Of a stretch of DNA of 32,000 nt, positions 31,170 through 32,000 are shown piece by piece. The stretch is from Candidatus Saccharimonadota bacterium. Lineage in GTDB: Bacteria; Patescibacteriota; Gracilibacteria; UBA1369; 2-02-FULL-48-14. Location of the stretch: assembly GCA_041661045.1 (NCBI GenBank), contig JBAZVE010000001.1, positions 750,001-782,000 on the forward strand, given 5' to 3'. The position numbers were made by a program, and so were the translations under genes. Within the stretch, counting starts at the first letter, position 1; each line of letters opens with the position of its first letter. The notes below the pieces were generated by a model that was not told where the DNA came from, searched no databases, and saw nothing but the letters and a program-made list of their open reading frames with translations.

Positions 31170-32000
31170 ACTTCTGGAATCTCTATACAAGGTTCAGCCT
31201 TATCGTGAAGTCCGATCATGGTGTTGAGGTCCTTCTCGGTTATCGATTCCAAATCGGGGTCCCATTCGGATTTGTCGTAGGAGATTTTGTACATTTCAGG
31301 CATCAGTGGGGTCAGGGCTTCTTCGAAAGTGATTTGTTTGGCGGAATCTACCAGGCGTTGCCAGCTGTCCTCCTTACCATAAAGAATTAAATCGGGGCCA
31401 CTGGCCAGGGCTACCTCGTGATCGCCATATTCCATAAAGGCAAAGCTGAGTCCGTCACAGATTTCCTTGGTTTGAGCCCGAGCGCAGACTTCAATACTGC
31501 GGTAATTCCCAATATCTACATTCATTTTAATGTATCCGTTCTTCATGTGAGTGAGGTAGTTCACTTGGTTGAATCCCCCAAGACATTTCACGCCGTAGTA
31601 AAAAGAAACGGTTGAAAAAGCCAGTAAGAGACCTGGGATAAGTTCTTTTTCTTCCATGGCTTTTTGAATAATTTCTGGCTTGAGTTCGATCTTGTAAGAT
31701 TCATCTTTGGAAACCAAGAAATTGCCCTTTCTCCAGAGTTGAAGATTGTGTTTGCTCCCTTTGGGCAGGGCCCAGAACAGATAGGTTCCTGATTCATCGG
31801 CTCGTGAGAAAGATCCAAAAATCCCTTCAAAGTACTGATTGATGTAGGGTTCGTAAGTGGGGTCAAAGAGGATGTGGTTTAAGATGGTGTCTTGATTGAG
31901 GTGATGCTTGATGAGCAGGCGGACGACAATATCCTCCAATTCCAGGTAAACCAGGTTGGGGAGTTTCACCTTGCTGGCTTCGAAGAGTCGTGGCCAAAGT
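31166..32000 (-). CDS. Uncharacterised protein, family X, second copy (5' end lies outside the window)
   Basis: The frame stays open to the window edge (LWPRLFEASKVKLPNLVYLELE...). It aligns with the C-terminal half of 27901-29310. Confidence 0.7.
   Translation of the reverse strand, partial: LWPRLFEASKVKLPNLVYLELEDIVVRLLIKHHLNQDTILNHILFDPTYEPYINQYFEGIFGSFSRADESGTYLFWALPKGSKHNLQLWRKGNFLVSKDESYKIELKPEIIQKAMEEKELIPGLLLAFSTVSFYYGVKCLGGFNQVNYLTHMKNGYIKMNVDIGNYRSIEVCARAQTKEICDGLSFAFMEYGDHEVALASGPDLILYGKEDSWQRLVDSAKQITFEEALTPLMPEMYKISYDKSEWDPDLESITEKDLNTMIGLHDKAEPCIEIPEV

Noticed and set aside
1-32000. Alternative genetic code (UGA as Gly or Trp), as in some candidate phyla
   Set aside because: TGA terminates well-defined genes, including pilC, the minor pilins, the ATPase, the MNT gene and the HEPN gene, at the expected protein ends. 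It also participates in the ATGA coupling overlaps. No conserved protein needs read-through.
1-32000. CRISPR arrays, tRNA/rRNA genes, transposases, integrases, reverse transcriptase or DGR repeats
   Set aside because: Reading the intergenic regions, I found no spaced direct repeats, no tRNA-like T-arm sequences and no recombinase or RT-like ORFs. All gaps are shorter than about 250 bp. I could not run an exhaustive repeat search, so short dispersed repeats could have been missed.

Overview
This is a gene-dense bacterial chromosomal window with about 38 protein-coding genes. I found no rRNA, tRNA, CRISPR array or transposase. All calls rest on motif recognition by eye, with no database search. 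The standard genetic code applies, because TGA is used as a stop and appears in many ATGA start/stop overlaps. Most genes lack a clear Shine-Dalgarno sequence, and several have short pyrimidine-rich leaders behind good TTGnnn-17-TATAGT promoters. The gene content and very tight gene packing resemble a small-genome CPR/Patescibacteria-like organism, but that is inference only.

Gene content, left to right:
- 1-4018 (+): type IV pilus block with a PilO-like 3' fragment, PilC, three prepilin-type minor pilins and a PilX-like protein, all translationally coupled.
- 4047-5670 (+): three divergent paralogous orphan genes.
- 5734-7215 (+): metG.
- 7159-12263 (-): operon of a soluble VirD4/TraD/HerA-like P-loop ATPase, then four secreted membrane proteins carrying five VirB2/TrbC-type pilin modules, then a small lipoprotein.
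- 12383-15933 (-): dus, a TPR/Pro-Ala-linker/TM protein, a hypothetical protein and an FtsQ-like protein.
- 17098-20100 (-): class II (B12) ribonucleotide reductase nrdJ, flanked by two orphan genes with atypical codon usage.
- 21227-27095: a DUF1858-IscA fusion with a Cys/Gly tail, a small membrane protein, queA, a hyper-acidic small protein, an MFS transporter, a HEPN/MNT toxin-antitoxin pair, trmB and a LysE-family exporter.
- 27047-32000: class IV aminotransferase, M15 metallopeptidase and an M14/AstE-AspA-like deacylase, interleaved with two paralogs of a large protein family I cannot place.

The two best candidates for something undescribed are the ATPase plus pilin-module operon (7.2-12.3 kb) and the peptidase/aminotransferase/unknown-paralog cluster (27-32 kb).
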